From: Patescibacteria group bacterium
GTDB lineage: Bacteria > Patescibacteriota > Minisyncoccia > Phycocordibacterales > UBA918
DNA length: 64,000 bases
NCBI GenBank assembly: GCA_039188945.1
Contig: JBCCYW010000001.1
Coordinates: forward strand, 43,003 to 107,002
Reading direction: 5' to 3'
The position numbers and the translations under genes were made by a program. How positions within the stretch are numbered: position 1 is the stretch's first letter; each line of letters starts with the position of its first letter. Below, piece after piece: positions 1 through 8,647 of the stretch. The notes beneath the pieces are model-generated. The model was not told where the DNA came from and ran no database searches. It saw nothing but the letters and a program-made list of their open reading frames with translations.

Positions 1-84
1 GTTGCTAAAGGAACACCTGAGGAAGTTGCTGAATCAAAAAAGTCTTTCACCGGAGAGTACCTCAAAAAGATACTAAAAAAGTAG
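1..84 (+). CDS. uvrA: Excinuclease ABC subunit A, C-terminal fragment (runs off the window start)
   Basis: Frame 1 translates to VAKGTPEEVAESKKSFTGEYLKKILKK then stop. This matches the conserved UvrA C-terminus (AEGTPEE...SHTARFLK). uvrC follows directly. Confidence 0.6.
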   Translation, partial: VAKGTPEEVAESKKSFTGEYLKKILKK

Positions 85-86
85 CT

Positions 87-1322
87 ATGAAAAAGAGTGA
101 ACTTTCAAAAAAGAAATTACCAGACGCGCCCGGCGTCTATTTCTTTCTCGGAGCCAGAAAGGAGATTTTGTATATTGGCAAGGCTACCAGTTTGCGCAAT
201 CGGGTTCGAAGTTATTTCGCATCAGATATTCGTGAAAAGCGTTCAGAATTAATAGAGAAAATGGTAGTTGAAGCCAAGAATCTTGAATGGACTGAAACTG
301 ATTCGGTGCTTGAAGCATTGATTCTTGAGACGAATCTCATACGCACCCACAAGCCGCACTACACCACTCTTAGCAAAGATGATAAAAGCTATAACCATTT
401 AGTGATAACCAACGAAGAGTACCCGCGTGTATTGGTGGTACGTGGAAAAGACCTCACCGAACAGTTCACTGAAAAAGAAATAAAATACCATTTTGGGCCG
501 TTTCCTAGTGGAGCACTTTTCAAAGAAGCGTTAAAAATTGTTCGACGATTATTTAAATTTTACGACACCAAAAAGCCAATTGGTAAAGAAACAAGCAAAG
601 TAGCTCGGGGCCAGATAGATTTTAATCGACAGATTGGATTGTTTCCCAGTGAAGATTCTAAGAGAGAATATCAGCGCACCATTCGCCACATCAAACTATT
701 TTTTGAAGGAAAAAAGAGACAGGTGATTAAAGAACTGAATAAGGAAATGATGCAGCTGGCAAAGCAAGAGCAATTTGAAGAGGCTGAGCAGGTGAAGCGA
801 CGTATTTTTGCACTGGAGCACATTCAAGACATCGCTCTCATTAAAGATGAAAATAAAACGTATCGAGATGATAAGCGGGTGCGGATTGAAGCTTATGATG
901 TTGCTCATTTACAAAGCGAGGATATGGTTGGTGTCATGACTGTCGTAGAGGGTGGAGAGCCAAAAAAGAGTGACTATCGCAAATTTAAAATTAAAAGCCT
1001 CTCTGGAGCTAATGATCCAGCCGCACTGAAGGAGGTGCTTGAGCGACGCCTCGCTCATCCAGAGTGGCCGTTCCCGCAGGTGATTGTGGTGGATGGCAGT
1101 ACCGCTCAGAAAAACGCTGCCGAGCATGTGCTTCGTAAGCTTGGCGTTGTTATTCCGGTTGCAGCAGTTGTCAAAGATGAGCGCCACAAGCCTAAAAATA
1201 TTTTAGCGGCTCGCAAACTTAGGGAACAGTTTGAGAATGATATGCTCTTAGCAAACGCTGAAGCTCATCGGTTTGCGATTTCTTATTTTAGACAAAAAAA
1301 GCGTAAACGTGCGTTGAGCTAG
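87..1322 (+). CDS. uvrC: Excinuclease ABC subunit C, short form lacking the C-terminal (HhH)2 domain
   Basis: The N-terminus has a GIY-YIG motif (GVYFF...ILYIGKA...LRNRVRSYF). A UvrB-interaction helix follows (QEQFEEAEQVKRRIFALEHIQD). The C-terminal part is an RNase H-like endonuclease domain (RIEAYDVAH...YRKFKIK). Total length is only 411 aa. Confidence 0.85.
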   Translation: MKKSELSKKKLPDAPGVYFFLGARKEILYIGKATSLRNRVRSYFASDIREKRSELIEKMVVEAKNLEWTETDSVLEALILETNLIRTHKPHYTTLSKDDKSYNHLVITNEEYPRVLVVRGKDLTEQFTEKEIKYHFGPFPSGALFKEALKIVRRLFKFYDTKKPIGKETSKVARGQIDFNRQIGLFPSEDSKREYQRTIRHIKLFFEGKKRQVIKELNKEMMQLAKQEQFEEAEQVKRRIFALEHIQDIALIKDENKTYRDDKRVRIEAYDVAHLQSEDMVGVMTVVEGGEPKKSDYRKFKIKSLSGANDPAALKEVLERRLAHPEWPFPQVIVVDGSTAQKNAAEHVLRKLGVVIPVAAVVKDERHKPKNILAARKLREQFENDMLLANAEAHRFAISYFRQKKRKRALS

Positions 1323-1339
1323 CGTGCTAAAATAGACAT

Positions 1340-2308
1340 ATGAAAACAACGAGAGTTGCTGTCTTACGTGGTGGTCCAAGCGAAGAATATGAGGTCTCGA
1401 TGGAAACGGGAAAGTCGGTTTTGGCAGCGCTAGAAAAACTGCAGTATCCAACAAAAGACATTATGATCTCTCGCTCAGGTGAATGGCTGATCGACGGAGT
1501 TGCCCGCCAACCTGAGCGAGCACTTGAGGCGATTGACGTTGTTTTTATCGCTCTGCATGGTAACTATGGTGAGGATGGTACTGTGCAGAAGATCCTAGAA
1601 CGTCACCATATTCCGTTTACTGGCAGTCGAGCTTTTGCTAGCGGTTTTGCGCTCAATAAAGATCTTACTAAAAATCTTATGCGCCAGTACGAGATTGCAA
1701 TGCCAAAGCATATGAAACTGAGTCGCTCTGGAGTATCTGACCCATATCGAAGCGCTACAGCATTACAAGAGCTGTTGGGACATCAGGTTGTCATAAAGCC
1801 TCTAGCGAGTGGATCTTCATTGGGAGTGCAGATTATTACTGAAGCACCAGAGTTGCCACTTGCTCTAACAAACGCTCTTACAGACTACGATGAGATCATT
1901 GTTGAAGAGTATATTCACGGTAAAGAAGCTACGGTTGGGGTGCTTGAAGGGTTTCGGGGCGCTGCTTTGTATCGCCTACCGGCTATCGAAATCGTACCGC
2001 CTGCTACTGAACAGTTTTTCAGCTACAATGCAAAATACAGTGGTGACTCAGACGAAATTTGCCCCGGAAGATTTTCTGAGGAAGAAAAGCATGTGCTCGG
2101 AGAAATTGCTTCATTGGTTCATGATCGTCTTGGTTTGGCACAGTATTCTAGAAGCGATTTTATTATTAAAGATGGCAGGCCATATTTTCTGGAAGTAAAT
2201 ACGCTACCAGGATTAACTGCTCAATCACTCTTTCCTAAAACGGTGAGCGCTGTGGGCGCTTCTTATGAAGATCTTATTGAACACTTAATAACGACCGCCA
2301 AAGTATAG
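1340..2308 (+). CDS. ddl: D-alanine--D-alanine ligase
   Basis: 322 aa. ATP-grasp Ddl pattern (VAVLRGGPSEEYEVS..., FIALHGNYGEDGTVQ). Confidence 0.9.
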   Translation: MKTTRVAVLRGGPSEEYEVSMETGKSVLAALEKLQYPTKDIMISRSGEWLIDGVARQPERALEAIDVVFIALHGNYGEDGTVQKILERHHIPFTGSRAFASGFALNKDLTKNLMRQYEIAMPKHMKLSRSGVSDPYRSATALQELLGHQVVIKPLASGSSLGVQIITEAPELPLALTNALTDYDEIIVEEYIHGKEATVGVLEGFRGAALYRLPAIEIVPPATEQFFSYNAKYSGDSDEICPGRFSEEEKHVLGEIASLVHDRLGLAQYSRSDFIIKDGRPYFLEVNTLPGLTAQSLFPKTVSAVGASYEDLIEHLITTAKV

Positions 2309-2310
2309 CT

Positions 2311-2643
2311 ATGAAAAAGAAGAATCCATATACCAAGACTGAGCTAACGAAGCACCTCAAAAAAGCTAAGCTTGATTGGTCTATGACACCAAAAGCAACA
2401 CAAATCAATAAACAATTTTCATTCAAAGATTATCTAGATGCGTTTATGTTTGTGGCTCGTGTTTCTGTACACGCTGAAATTCTTAAACACCACCCGGACA
2501 TCGAGCTGTCTTATGGAAAGGTAAAAGTGAAACTCACCACGCATGATCTCAAAGGAGTCTCAAAACTAGATGTCGATTTAGCAAAGCGCATTGAACATGT
2601 GGCTGATCGTATCAACGCTCGGGGAAAACAAAAACAAAACTGA
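2311..2643 (+). CDS. phhB: Pterin-4-alpha-carbinolamine dehydratase (PCD/DCoH family)
   Basis: 110 aa. W...P....I...F.F.DY..A..F...V...AE...HHPD pattern typical of PCD. Start is 3 nt after the ddl stop. Confidence 0.75.
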   Translation: MKKKNPYTKTELTKHLKKAKLDWSMTPKATQINKQFSFKDYLDAFMFVARVSVHAEILKHHPDIELSYGKVKVKLTTHDLKGVSKLDVDLAKRIEHVADRINARGKQKQN

Positions 2644-2666
2644 CTGAATAGCGTATACTAAGATCA

Positions 2667-3272
2667 ATGTTTGATCTTGAGGGAACTAAGAATGAACGAG
2701 GTATCATACTGATACTGGCCTATATCATCGGTTTCACCAGTGGTTACATTGCCTTCGGCTATCAGGACAATTATTTGCTCAAACAACCCAAACCATCTCT
2801 AGAGCAAACGAAGCAGCAGATACAGGGAGAACAGATGGTTGCTGAACCAAGTCTCACGACGTCTGTTCCTGAAGAAGGATCTGGCCGGCTGCGGTACGCT
2901 AGTGGCGTGCTCGAATATGTACACGAAGATGGAACGGTTCGAGCACTGAGCTTCTTACAAACTCCTTCTCTTGCGGCTTCTGCACTGTTGGGGGCAGATC
3001 AGCAAGGTGTCCACACTGCTTTGGATGCTTACAATACCAGTCCTGATGAGAGATTCGCATTTTTTTGCGAGCAAAAACTAGATCAAAGCCAGTGCTATCC
3101 ATTTGTCTATGATAGTACAGAAGATGAGATACGCTTTGTCAGAGAACGTGAAGTACCATTTCCTATAAGCATTGATGTAGCACGTAGGGTCTACTGGAAT
3201 GAGGACGGTATTGTGTTGGGTGAGTTTCATTCGCGCCAGAAAGATCAGCCCTGGATTGTCTCTATTGACTAA
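2667..3272 (+). CDS. Hypothetical membrane-anchored protein
   Basis: 201-aa ORF with an N-terminal TM helix (GIILILAYIIGFTSGYIAFGY). No recognisable domain. Confidence 0.5.
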   Translation: MFDLEGTKNERGIILILAYIIGFTSGYIAFGYQDNYLLKQPKPSLEQTKQQIQGEQMVAEPSLTTSVPEEGSGRLRYASGVLEYVHEDGTVRALSFLQTPSLAASALLGADQQGVHTALDAYNTSPDERFAFFCEQKLDQSQCYPFVYDSTEDEIRFVREREVPFPISIDVARRVYWNEDGIVLGEFHSRQKDQPWIVSID

Positions 3273-3329
3273 ACAGGCCTAAATTCGTAGTATTACGCCG
3301 TTAAATCCACATGTGTTTGAAGGTACTGT

Positions 3330-3403
3330 GGGCCCGTAGCTCAGATGGCTAGAGCACCTGTTTTGCACTCAGGAGGTCGCTGGTTCAAGTCCAGTCGGGT
3401 CCA
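3330..3403 (+). tRNA. tRNA-Ala (anticodon UGC)
   Basis: Cloverleaf folded by hand. Acceptor GGGCCCG/CGGGTCC has the G3:U70 alanine identity pair. D arm GCTC-AGATGGCTA-GAGC. Anticodon loop TTTGCAC gives anticodon TGC. T arm GCTGG-TTCAAGT-CCAGT. Discriminator A; no encoded CCA. Confidence 0.9.
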
Positions 3404-3423
3404 CAGTGCCTTTAAGTATTTGT

Positions 3424-3545
3424 GGGCCTGTTCATTAGTCTCCCAGACTAATGAACCTCAGATGGCTAGGGGCAATAACTGCTGGGAGCAGTTATTGCGG
3501 TTTCCGTTCAGTATAGGTCGCTGGTTCAAGTCCAGTCGGGTCCAC
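3424..3545 (+). pseudogene. Degenerate tRNA-Ala-derived copy with two inserted perfect 12-bp hairpins
   Basis: It shares the 5' GGGCC and D-loop CTCAGATGGCTAG with the intact tRNA. The whole 3' half (AGGTCGCTGGTTCAAGTCCAGTCGGGTCCAC) is identical. Hairpin GTTCATTAGTCT/CCCA/GACTAATGAAC sits between the acceptor and D arm. Hairpin GCAATAACTGCT/GGGA/GCAGTTATTGC replaces the anticodon arm. Confidence 0.6.
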
Positions 3546-3578
3546 GGTCATTGTCACTATTTGTTTATGAATTATTTT

Positions 3579-3657
3579 GGGAGTCACTCAGGAGGGTTCA
3601 TTAACATGGGGTGTTAGTGAGCGGTTCAACTCAGGTCCACAGTGCCTTTAAGTATTT
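3579..3657 (+). repeat. Third, more decayed tRNA-Ala 3'-half copy
   Basis: It contains GTCACTCAGGAGG and GGTTCAACTCAGGTCCACA remnants. An exact 24-nt direct repeat GGTCCACAGTGCCTTTAAGTATTT lies at 3398-3421 and 3634-3657. Confidence 0.5.
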
Positions 3658-3670
3658 ATATGGGTCTATT

Positions 3671-3708
3671 AAACAAAGCGCTCTCCATTGACTGAGAGCG
3701 CTTTGTTT
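3671..3708. terminator. Bidirectional hairpin terminator between the tRNA cluster (+) and the HAD gene (-)
   Basis: Perfect 15-bp stem AAACAAAGCGCTCTC / GAGAGCGCTTTGTTT with an 8-nt loop. T/A-rich flanks on both strands. Confidence 0.7.
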
Positions 3709-3710
3709 GT

Positions 3711-4406
3711 TTACTTCAACATCTCTTGTAGTTTTTTGTAGGTATCTAAATGATCTTCTACTGCAATGGTGTCGATTACACCAATAACTGATTCATCATT
3801 ACCGCCAGGATGTAATCTGTCTCCAAAATAAACTGCTTCTTCTTTGTTCCAGCCCATATAGTCAATAAGCTTTGCGACGTTATAGCCTTTGTGTAAATCT
3901 TTGTGTAAATAATCAAAGCTGGTGGACCCACCAATTTTTACGCTAACTTCTGCAGAGACAAAAGGAATTTTATCTAATAAGTCATTTCGCTTACTACTAT
4001 CGGGATCATAGGCGCGTTTGACTTCTACAGGGGCTCTGTTTCCAATTGGACTAAAACAGACCAGTGCACCACGATCTTCAAGCGGAGCCCAGTCTTCATT
4101 CGGTTCTTCATCAAGTAGCTCCTTTAATTTGGCAACATGCTCAAAAATTTCTTGTTTATGAGATTCAGACAATTCTTCTCGCCAGAGTTCTTTATTGGCC
4201 ACATCAGTGGCATGATTGCCACATTGCCCCATCGTAATGGCTGGCAAGTTATCACTTTGCCAGGCAATGTCATGCAAAGCTTGTCCACTCACTATGATGA
4301 TGTCGTGAGGGGTCTCATCTAGAAGCTTATACATCTCTGGCAAGATCGGCTCACGAGAGGGGGCAATAGTCTGATCAAGATCAAAAAACAAGTGTTTGTA
4401 CTTCAT
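3711..4406 (-). CDS. HAD-superfamily hydrolase (HAD-IIB-like phosphatase)
   Basis: 231 aa. N-terminal motif I FFDLDQTI (DxD). C-terminal GDRLHPGGND motif IV-like. Confidence 0.7.
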   Translation of the reverse strand: MKYKHLFFDLDQTIAPSREPILPEMYKLLDETPHDIIIVSGQALHDIAWQSDNLPAITMGQCGNHATDVANKELWREELSESHKQEIFEHVAKLKELLDEEPNEDWAPLEDRGALVCFSPIGNRAPVEVKRAYDPDSSKRNDLLDKIPFVSAEVSVKIGGSTSFDYLHKDLHKGYNVAKLIDYMGWNKEEAVYFGDRLHPGGNDESVIGVIDTIAVEDHLDTYKKLQEMLK

Positions 4407-4656
4407 AAAGACAGCTAAAGTATACAGTTTGTATAACTATGGAAAACTGGAATTGTTCACTTCACAAAGCTATTTTGTGGTGGTAGTATGTGCGCGAGTC
4501 ACGAATTAAGAGATCCGGTAAGCAGTGACCAAAGAGGCTTCATGAGCGGCAAATAAGCTCAAAATCCACACAAACGAAGGATTTTGTACTCAATGTGCCG
4601 CTGATACAAGCGGACGCGGATCTCAAAAACGGACTCAATAACTACTCCTATTTGTT

Positions 4657-5430
4657 ATGTCTGGATGGATACAGACAGCTCAGGCTGCTGAGGGAATATC
4701 AGTAAAACTAGACCCATATATTGTGGGAGAGTTTGCAGGTGTCGCAATTACCTCAACCATGCTAACCGTGTGGTTGGCGATGTTTTTGATTGCTGTGTTA
4801 GTAGTCAGTCTTGGTGTACTCAAAAAAGTTCCAGGCAAACTGCAAAGTATCGTTGAGGTAGTTATTGGTGGTGCATTCAATTACATGGCAACCACGCTTG
4901 GCAGCAAGGAAGCTGCGAAGAAGTATTTTCCAGTAGTCATGACTATCTTTATGTTTCTTTTAGTTATGAACTGGGTGGGACTCTTACCAGGCGTTACAAC
5001 CATTGGCTTAATGGAAGGGTATGGTGATAAGAGCCATTTGGTGCCATTCTTTTACCCACCAGCGACTGACCTCAACATCGCCATCGCGTTTGCTGTTGTT
5101 GCCATGGCTACGATTTGGTTTGCGGGCGTAGCAGCACTGGGAGTGTTCAAATACGCTAGTAAGTTTATTAGTTTCAAATCACCTCTAGCATTCCTAGTTG
5201 GTATTATCGAACTTATTTCTGAAATTGGACGCTTGGTAAGCTTCTCATTTCGATTGTTTGGTAATATCTTTGCTGGAAAAACCTTGTTGGTGGTGGCCAC
5301 ATTCTTTGTGCCGTTTATCCTGCCGGTACCAATTTTGGCGTATGAGGTGTTTGTAGGCTTTATCCAAGCTGGAGTATTTGCCTTCTTGACCTTAGTGTTC
5401 ATCAAGCTAGCTATTGAAGAACCGCATTAG
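4657..5430 (+). CDS. atpB: F0F1 ATP synthase subunit a
   Basis: Polytopic protein with the conserved Arg helix (SFSFRLFGNIFAGKTLL). First gene of the atp cluster. Confidence 0.9.
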   Translation: MSGWIQTAQAAEGISVKLDPYIVGEFAGVAITSTMLTVWLAMFLIAVLVVSLGVLKKVPGKLQSIVEVVIGGAFNYMATTLGSKEAAKKYFPVVMTIFMFLLVMNWVGLLPGVTTIGLMEGYGDKSHLVPFFYPPATDLNIAIAFAVVAMATIWFAGVAALGVFKYASKFISFKSPLAFLVGIIELISEIGRLVSFSFRLFGNIFAGKTLLVVATFFVPFILPVPILAYEVFVGFIQAGVFAFLTLVFIKLAIEEPH

Positions 5431-5510
5431 TCCCGTTAGAGATTATGAACAAGTTCACAAACAACAAAAAAGTATCATACATGACAAAACTTAATTATCT
5501 CTAACGGGAT
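5430..5510. repeat. Inverted-repeat element GTCCCGTTAGAGAT / ATCTCTAACGGGAT with a 53-nt spacer
   Basis: The left arm overlaps the atpB stop codon TAG. The same core (TCCCGTTAGAG / CTCTAACGGGA) recurs at 59993-60115. A partial third half-site ATGAGTCCCG lies at 5523-5532. Confidence 0.6.
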
Positions 5511-5586
5511 TAGTGAGTAATCATGAGTCCCGCAAACAGATCAGGCGTGACTCATAGTTGCACATTAATCACTAAGTAACTCAATT

Positions 5587-5853
5587 ATGTCTCCAGAAAT
5601 GGAATTGGCGCTCCAGGCGTCACAAATGAGTGCCGACTCAATCAAGGCGATTGCAATGGCGCTTGCTGCTGGTATCGGTGTACTCGGTCCAGGTATCGGT
5701 ATTGGTCTTTTGGTTTCAAAAGCCCTTGAAGCAATGGGTCGTAACCCTGAAGCTGCACCACAAATTCAGAGCACCATGATTCTTGGTATCGTGTTCGTGG
5801 AAGCTCTCGCTATTTTTGCACTCGTTGTAGCCTTCGTTATCCGCTTCGCCTAA
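5587..5853 (+). CDS. atpE: F0F1 ATP synthase subunit c
   Basis: 88-aa hairpin proteolipid (GIGIGLLVSKALEAMGRNPEA ... ILGIVFVEALAIFALVVAF). Confidence 0.9.
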   Translation: MSPEMELALQASQMSADSIKAIAMALAAGIGVLGPGIGIGLLVSKALEAMGRNPEAAPQIQSTMILGIVFVEALAIFALVVAFVIRFA

Positions 5854-5882
5854 CGTTCTAGGTCACTACGGCCATTTGTATT

Positions 5883-6329
5883 ATGGAACAACTAATCGAA
5901 GCGTTTGGCATTGATACTAAAGGTATTGTTATTCAAATCATTAACTTCGCTATTTTAGCGGCCGCTTTAACGTACTTTCTGTACAACCCAGTCCTCAAAC
6001 TCCTGAATGAACGGGAAGAAACCATCAAACAAGGTCTCAAGGACGCAGAGGATGCGAAGCAGGCTAAAGAATCAGCAGAAGAAGAGAAGAAAGCGGTGCT
6101 TGGTGAAGCTAATAAAGAAGCGGAAGCGGTGGCTGCCCGAGCAAAAGAACATGCCGATGAAAAAACTGCTGGGATTGTTGCTACTGCTGACGAGAAAGCT
6201 GCTGCAATCGTGAAGGACGCTGAAGCCAAGAGTGAAGAAATGAAAGCGCAAGCTCGCAAAGATAGTGAGGCTGAAATAAGTAAGCTGGCTATTCTAGCGG
6301 CTGAGAAAATTCTTCGTAAAGAAGCCTAA
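5883..6329 (+). CDS. atpF: F0F1 ATP synthase subunit b
   Basis: N-terminal TM helix, then a long Ala/Lys/Glu-rich helix. Position in the operon fits. Confidence 0.85.
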   Translation: MEQLIEAFGIDTKGIVIQIINFAILAAALTYFLYNPVLKLLNEREETIKQGLKDAEDAKQAKESAEEEKKAVLGEANKEAEAVAARAKEHADEKTAGIVATADEKAAAIVKDAEAKSEEMKAQARKDSEAEISKLAILAAEKILRKEA

Positions 6330-6336
6330 ACCAAAC

Positions 6337-6714
6337 ATGCGTGATAGTTACCTACAAGCCACTTTGGCATTAATTCAAGAAGGATACGATCCCCAAAAGC
6401 TCATTGATGGTCTTAAAGAGACCTTGGCTGCCAGAGGACACCAAGCTCTGTTGCCAAGTATCTTGCAAGCTGTTTTACGTGAACTTGAAGCGGGTAAGAC
6501 AACCACGAAGGTAACTGTCGCAAAAGCTACTGATGCTGAAGTCCTTAAAGCTGAAATCACCGCCGCACTAAAAAATATTCAAGCAACCGATGAGGTTGTG
6601 ACTGAAGTAGATGAAACTATTGTTGGTGGCTTTGTGGCTACTGGTAATGGAAAAACTATCGACGCTTCTTATAAACACAAGTTGGTACACCTGTATCGAT
6701 CACTTACTACCTAA
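6337..6714 (+). CDS. atpH: F0F1 ATP synthase subunit delta (short, 125 aa)
   Basis: Sits between atpF and atpA. Helical N-domain. Truncated relative to typical ~180-aa delta. Confidence 0.7.
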   Translation: MRDSYLQATLALIQEGYDPQKLIDGLKETLAARGHQALLPSILQAVLRELEAGKTTTKVTVAKATDAEVLKAEITAALKNIQATDEVVTEVDETIVGGFVATGNGKTIDASYKHKLVHLYRSLTT

Positions 6715-6729
6715 CATTCACACGTAATT

Positions 6730-8292
6730 ATGAGCACAACAATAATTGATCGGATCAAAAACGAGATCCAAAACCTCGACACCACGGCTTTGCCAGAGGA
6801 AGTCGGTATCGTCCAGACTGTTGGAGACGGTATTGCTGAAATAGAAGGACTCCAGAGCGCCCAGATGATGGAGATGGTGGTCTTTCAAGATGGTGATGGA
6901 AAGTCACTCGAAGAGACCATCGCCAAAGACGATGCGCTGTATGGTCTTATCCTCAACCTTGAAGAAGATGTCGTGAAGGTGGTTGTGCTTGGAGAGAGTG
7001 ATCGTGTGAAGGAGGGGATGCGCGTGATGCGTACTGAGAAGCTGCTCTCGATCCCGGTCGGTGAGGGAATTGTAGGGCGTGTCGTAAGTCCGCTTGGTGA
7101 GGCACTTGATGGGAAGGGGACGATCGAAACCAATCGTGATATGCCAATTGAGCGGGTAGCGTACGGAGTAATGGACCGCTCTGGTGTGAACGAACCAGTC
7201 CATACTGGCGTAAAGGCTATCGACTCAATGATTCCAATTGGTCGCGGGCAACGCGAACTCATCATTGGCGACCGCCAGACTGGTAAAACTACCATCGCGA
7301 TCGACACCATCATCAACCAAAAAAACGAACCAAAAGACAAACGCCTGATCTGTATTTATGTAGCAATTGGCCAGAAGCGTTCAAAGACCGCGTCGTTAGT
7401 TGCCAAATTACAAGAAGCTGGAGCGATGGAATACACCACCGTGATTGCTACTTCTGCTTCTGAGCCTTCTCCAATGCTCTTCTTGGCACCGTTTGCAGGT
7501 GCTGCTATTGGTGAGTACTTCATGGAGCAAGGAAAAGACGTGCTTGTGGTATTTGATGACCTTTCAAAGCACGCAGTTGCGTACCGACAGATGTCACTTC
7601 TCCTGCGACGTCCGCCGGGACGTGAAGCGTATCCGGGAGATATCTTCTACCTGCACTCACGTCTCTTGGAACGTTCGGCCAAGCTCTCAGCTGAGCTGGG
7701 TGGAGGCTCGATCACTGCACTCCCGATTATTGAAACCCAAGAAGGTGACGTATCTGCCTACATTCCAACTAATGTTATCTCAATTACCGATGGTCAGATT
7801 TTCCTTGAAACTGATCTCTTCAACAAGGGTATTCGCCCAGCACTTAATGTTGGTATTTCGGTATCACGCGTCGGTAGTTCTGCGCAAACCAAGGCGATGA
7901 AAAAGGTGTCTGGAAAGATTCGTCTCGAGTTGGCACAGTTTCGTGAGCTCGAAGCCTTCATGCAGTTTGCCTCCGATCTTGATGAAGATACAAAAGCTCG
8001 CATTGATTCTGGTCGTAAGTATGTAGAACTTCTCAAGCAAGACCAAGGAGACCCAATGCCATTTTATAAGCAAGTACTTTCAATTTATGCTGCCAACCAG
8101 GGTCTCTACGACGGTACGGCTCCAGACATGGTTCGTGAAATTGAAGCAAAGTACATTGAAATGGTTGAACGTGATCATAAGGACATTCTTGAAACTATTG
8201 AAACATCACGAGCCATCGATGATGTAACTGAAAAAATGGATCAAAGCATCGAAGCTTTCAAAACTGCACACAGTGATTGTTACGGAGCATAA
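6730..8292 (+). CDS. atpA: F0F1 ATP synthase subunit alpha
   Basis: 520 aa. Walker A GDRQTGKT. Typical alpha motifs. Confidence 0.95.
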   Translation: MSTTIIDRIKNEIQNLDTTALPEEVGIVQTVGDGIAEIEGLQSAQMMEMVVFQDGDGKSLEETIAKDDALYGLILNLEEDVVKVVVLGESDRVKEGMRVMRTEKLLSIPVGEGIVGRVVSPLGEALDGKGTIETNRDMPIERVAYGVMDRSGVNEPVHTGVKAIDSMIPIGRGQRELIIGDRQTGKTTIAIDTIINQKNEPKDKRLICIYVAIGQKRSKTASLVAKLQEAGAMEYTTVIATSASEPSPMLFLAPFAGAAIGEYFMEQGKDVLVVFDDLSKHAVAYRQMSLLLRRPPGREAYPGDIFYLHSRLLERSAKLSAELGGGSITALPIIETQEGDVSAYIPTNVISITDGQIFLETDLFNKGIRPALNVGISVSRVGSSAQTKAMKKVSGKIRLELAQFRELEAFMQFASDLDEDTKARIDSGRKYVELLKQDQGDPMPFYKQVLSIYAANQGLYDGTAPDMVREIEAKYIEMVERDHKDILETIETSRAIDDVTEKMDQSIEAFKTAHSDCYGA

Positions 8293-8300
8293 AATTCAGC

Positions 8301-8630
8301 ATGACAAGTCTGGTCGATAAAAAGTACAAAAAAAATTCAGGCGCCGCGAGTGTTCTCGCGACGCCCAAGGGCATCTTAGCCGTCATTGACGATCGGTCTC
8401 ATTTCGAGAACTTGACCGTCTTTGTTCACGAATGTGAGCCTGAGGAGCGTGACAGCTTCATTTTTGTCGTTGAGGGCAATGCTCAGGTCGATAAAATAGT
8501 ACATGGTTCCTTCGGGCACTACACAAGAGAACTCCTTGACGCTGATGCCAAAGAAGGAACTGTTCGAGATGTTGAGAAGTGCCATTGCAATGGTCTCCAA
8601 TCTTCTGATGTTTCAATACATTTAACATAA
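8301..8630 (+). CDS. Hypothetical protein inserted between atpA and atpG (possible cupin-like small protein)
   Basis: 109-aa ORF fills an otherwise unexplained 340-nt gap inside the atp operon (MTSLVDKKYKK...FVHECEPEERDSFIFVVEGNAQV...HGSFGHYTRE). No atp subunit matches it. Confidence 0.4.
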   Translation: MTSLVDKKYKKNSGAASVLATPKGILAVIDDRSHFENLTVFVHECEPEERDSFIFVVEGNAQVDKIVHGSFGHYTRELLDADAKEGTVRDVEKCHCNGLQSSDVSIHLT

Positions 8631-8647
8631 TTTTGTATATTGTCAAT

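Noticed and set aside
3345-3617. 90-aa plus-strand ORF spanning the tRNA region
   Set aside because: It is built entirely from the tRNA-Ala gene and its degenerate copies. An ORF here is an artefact of tRNA-derived sequence, not a protein gene.
5933-6259. 108-aa minus-strand ORF inside atpF (and a 68-aa plus-strand alternative frame)
   Set aside because: Antisense or alternate-frame product of the low-complexity Ala/Lys/Glu-rich b-subunit helix. Its composition is a mirror artefact.
6885-7340. Antisense ORFs (151, 99, 64 aa) inside atpA
   Set aside because: They lie entirely within a highly conserved gene on the opposite strand, with no independent signals.
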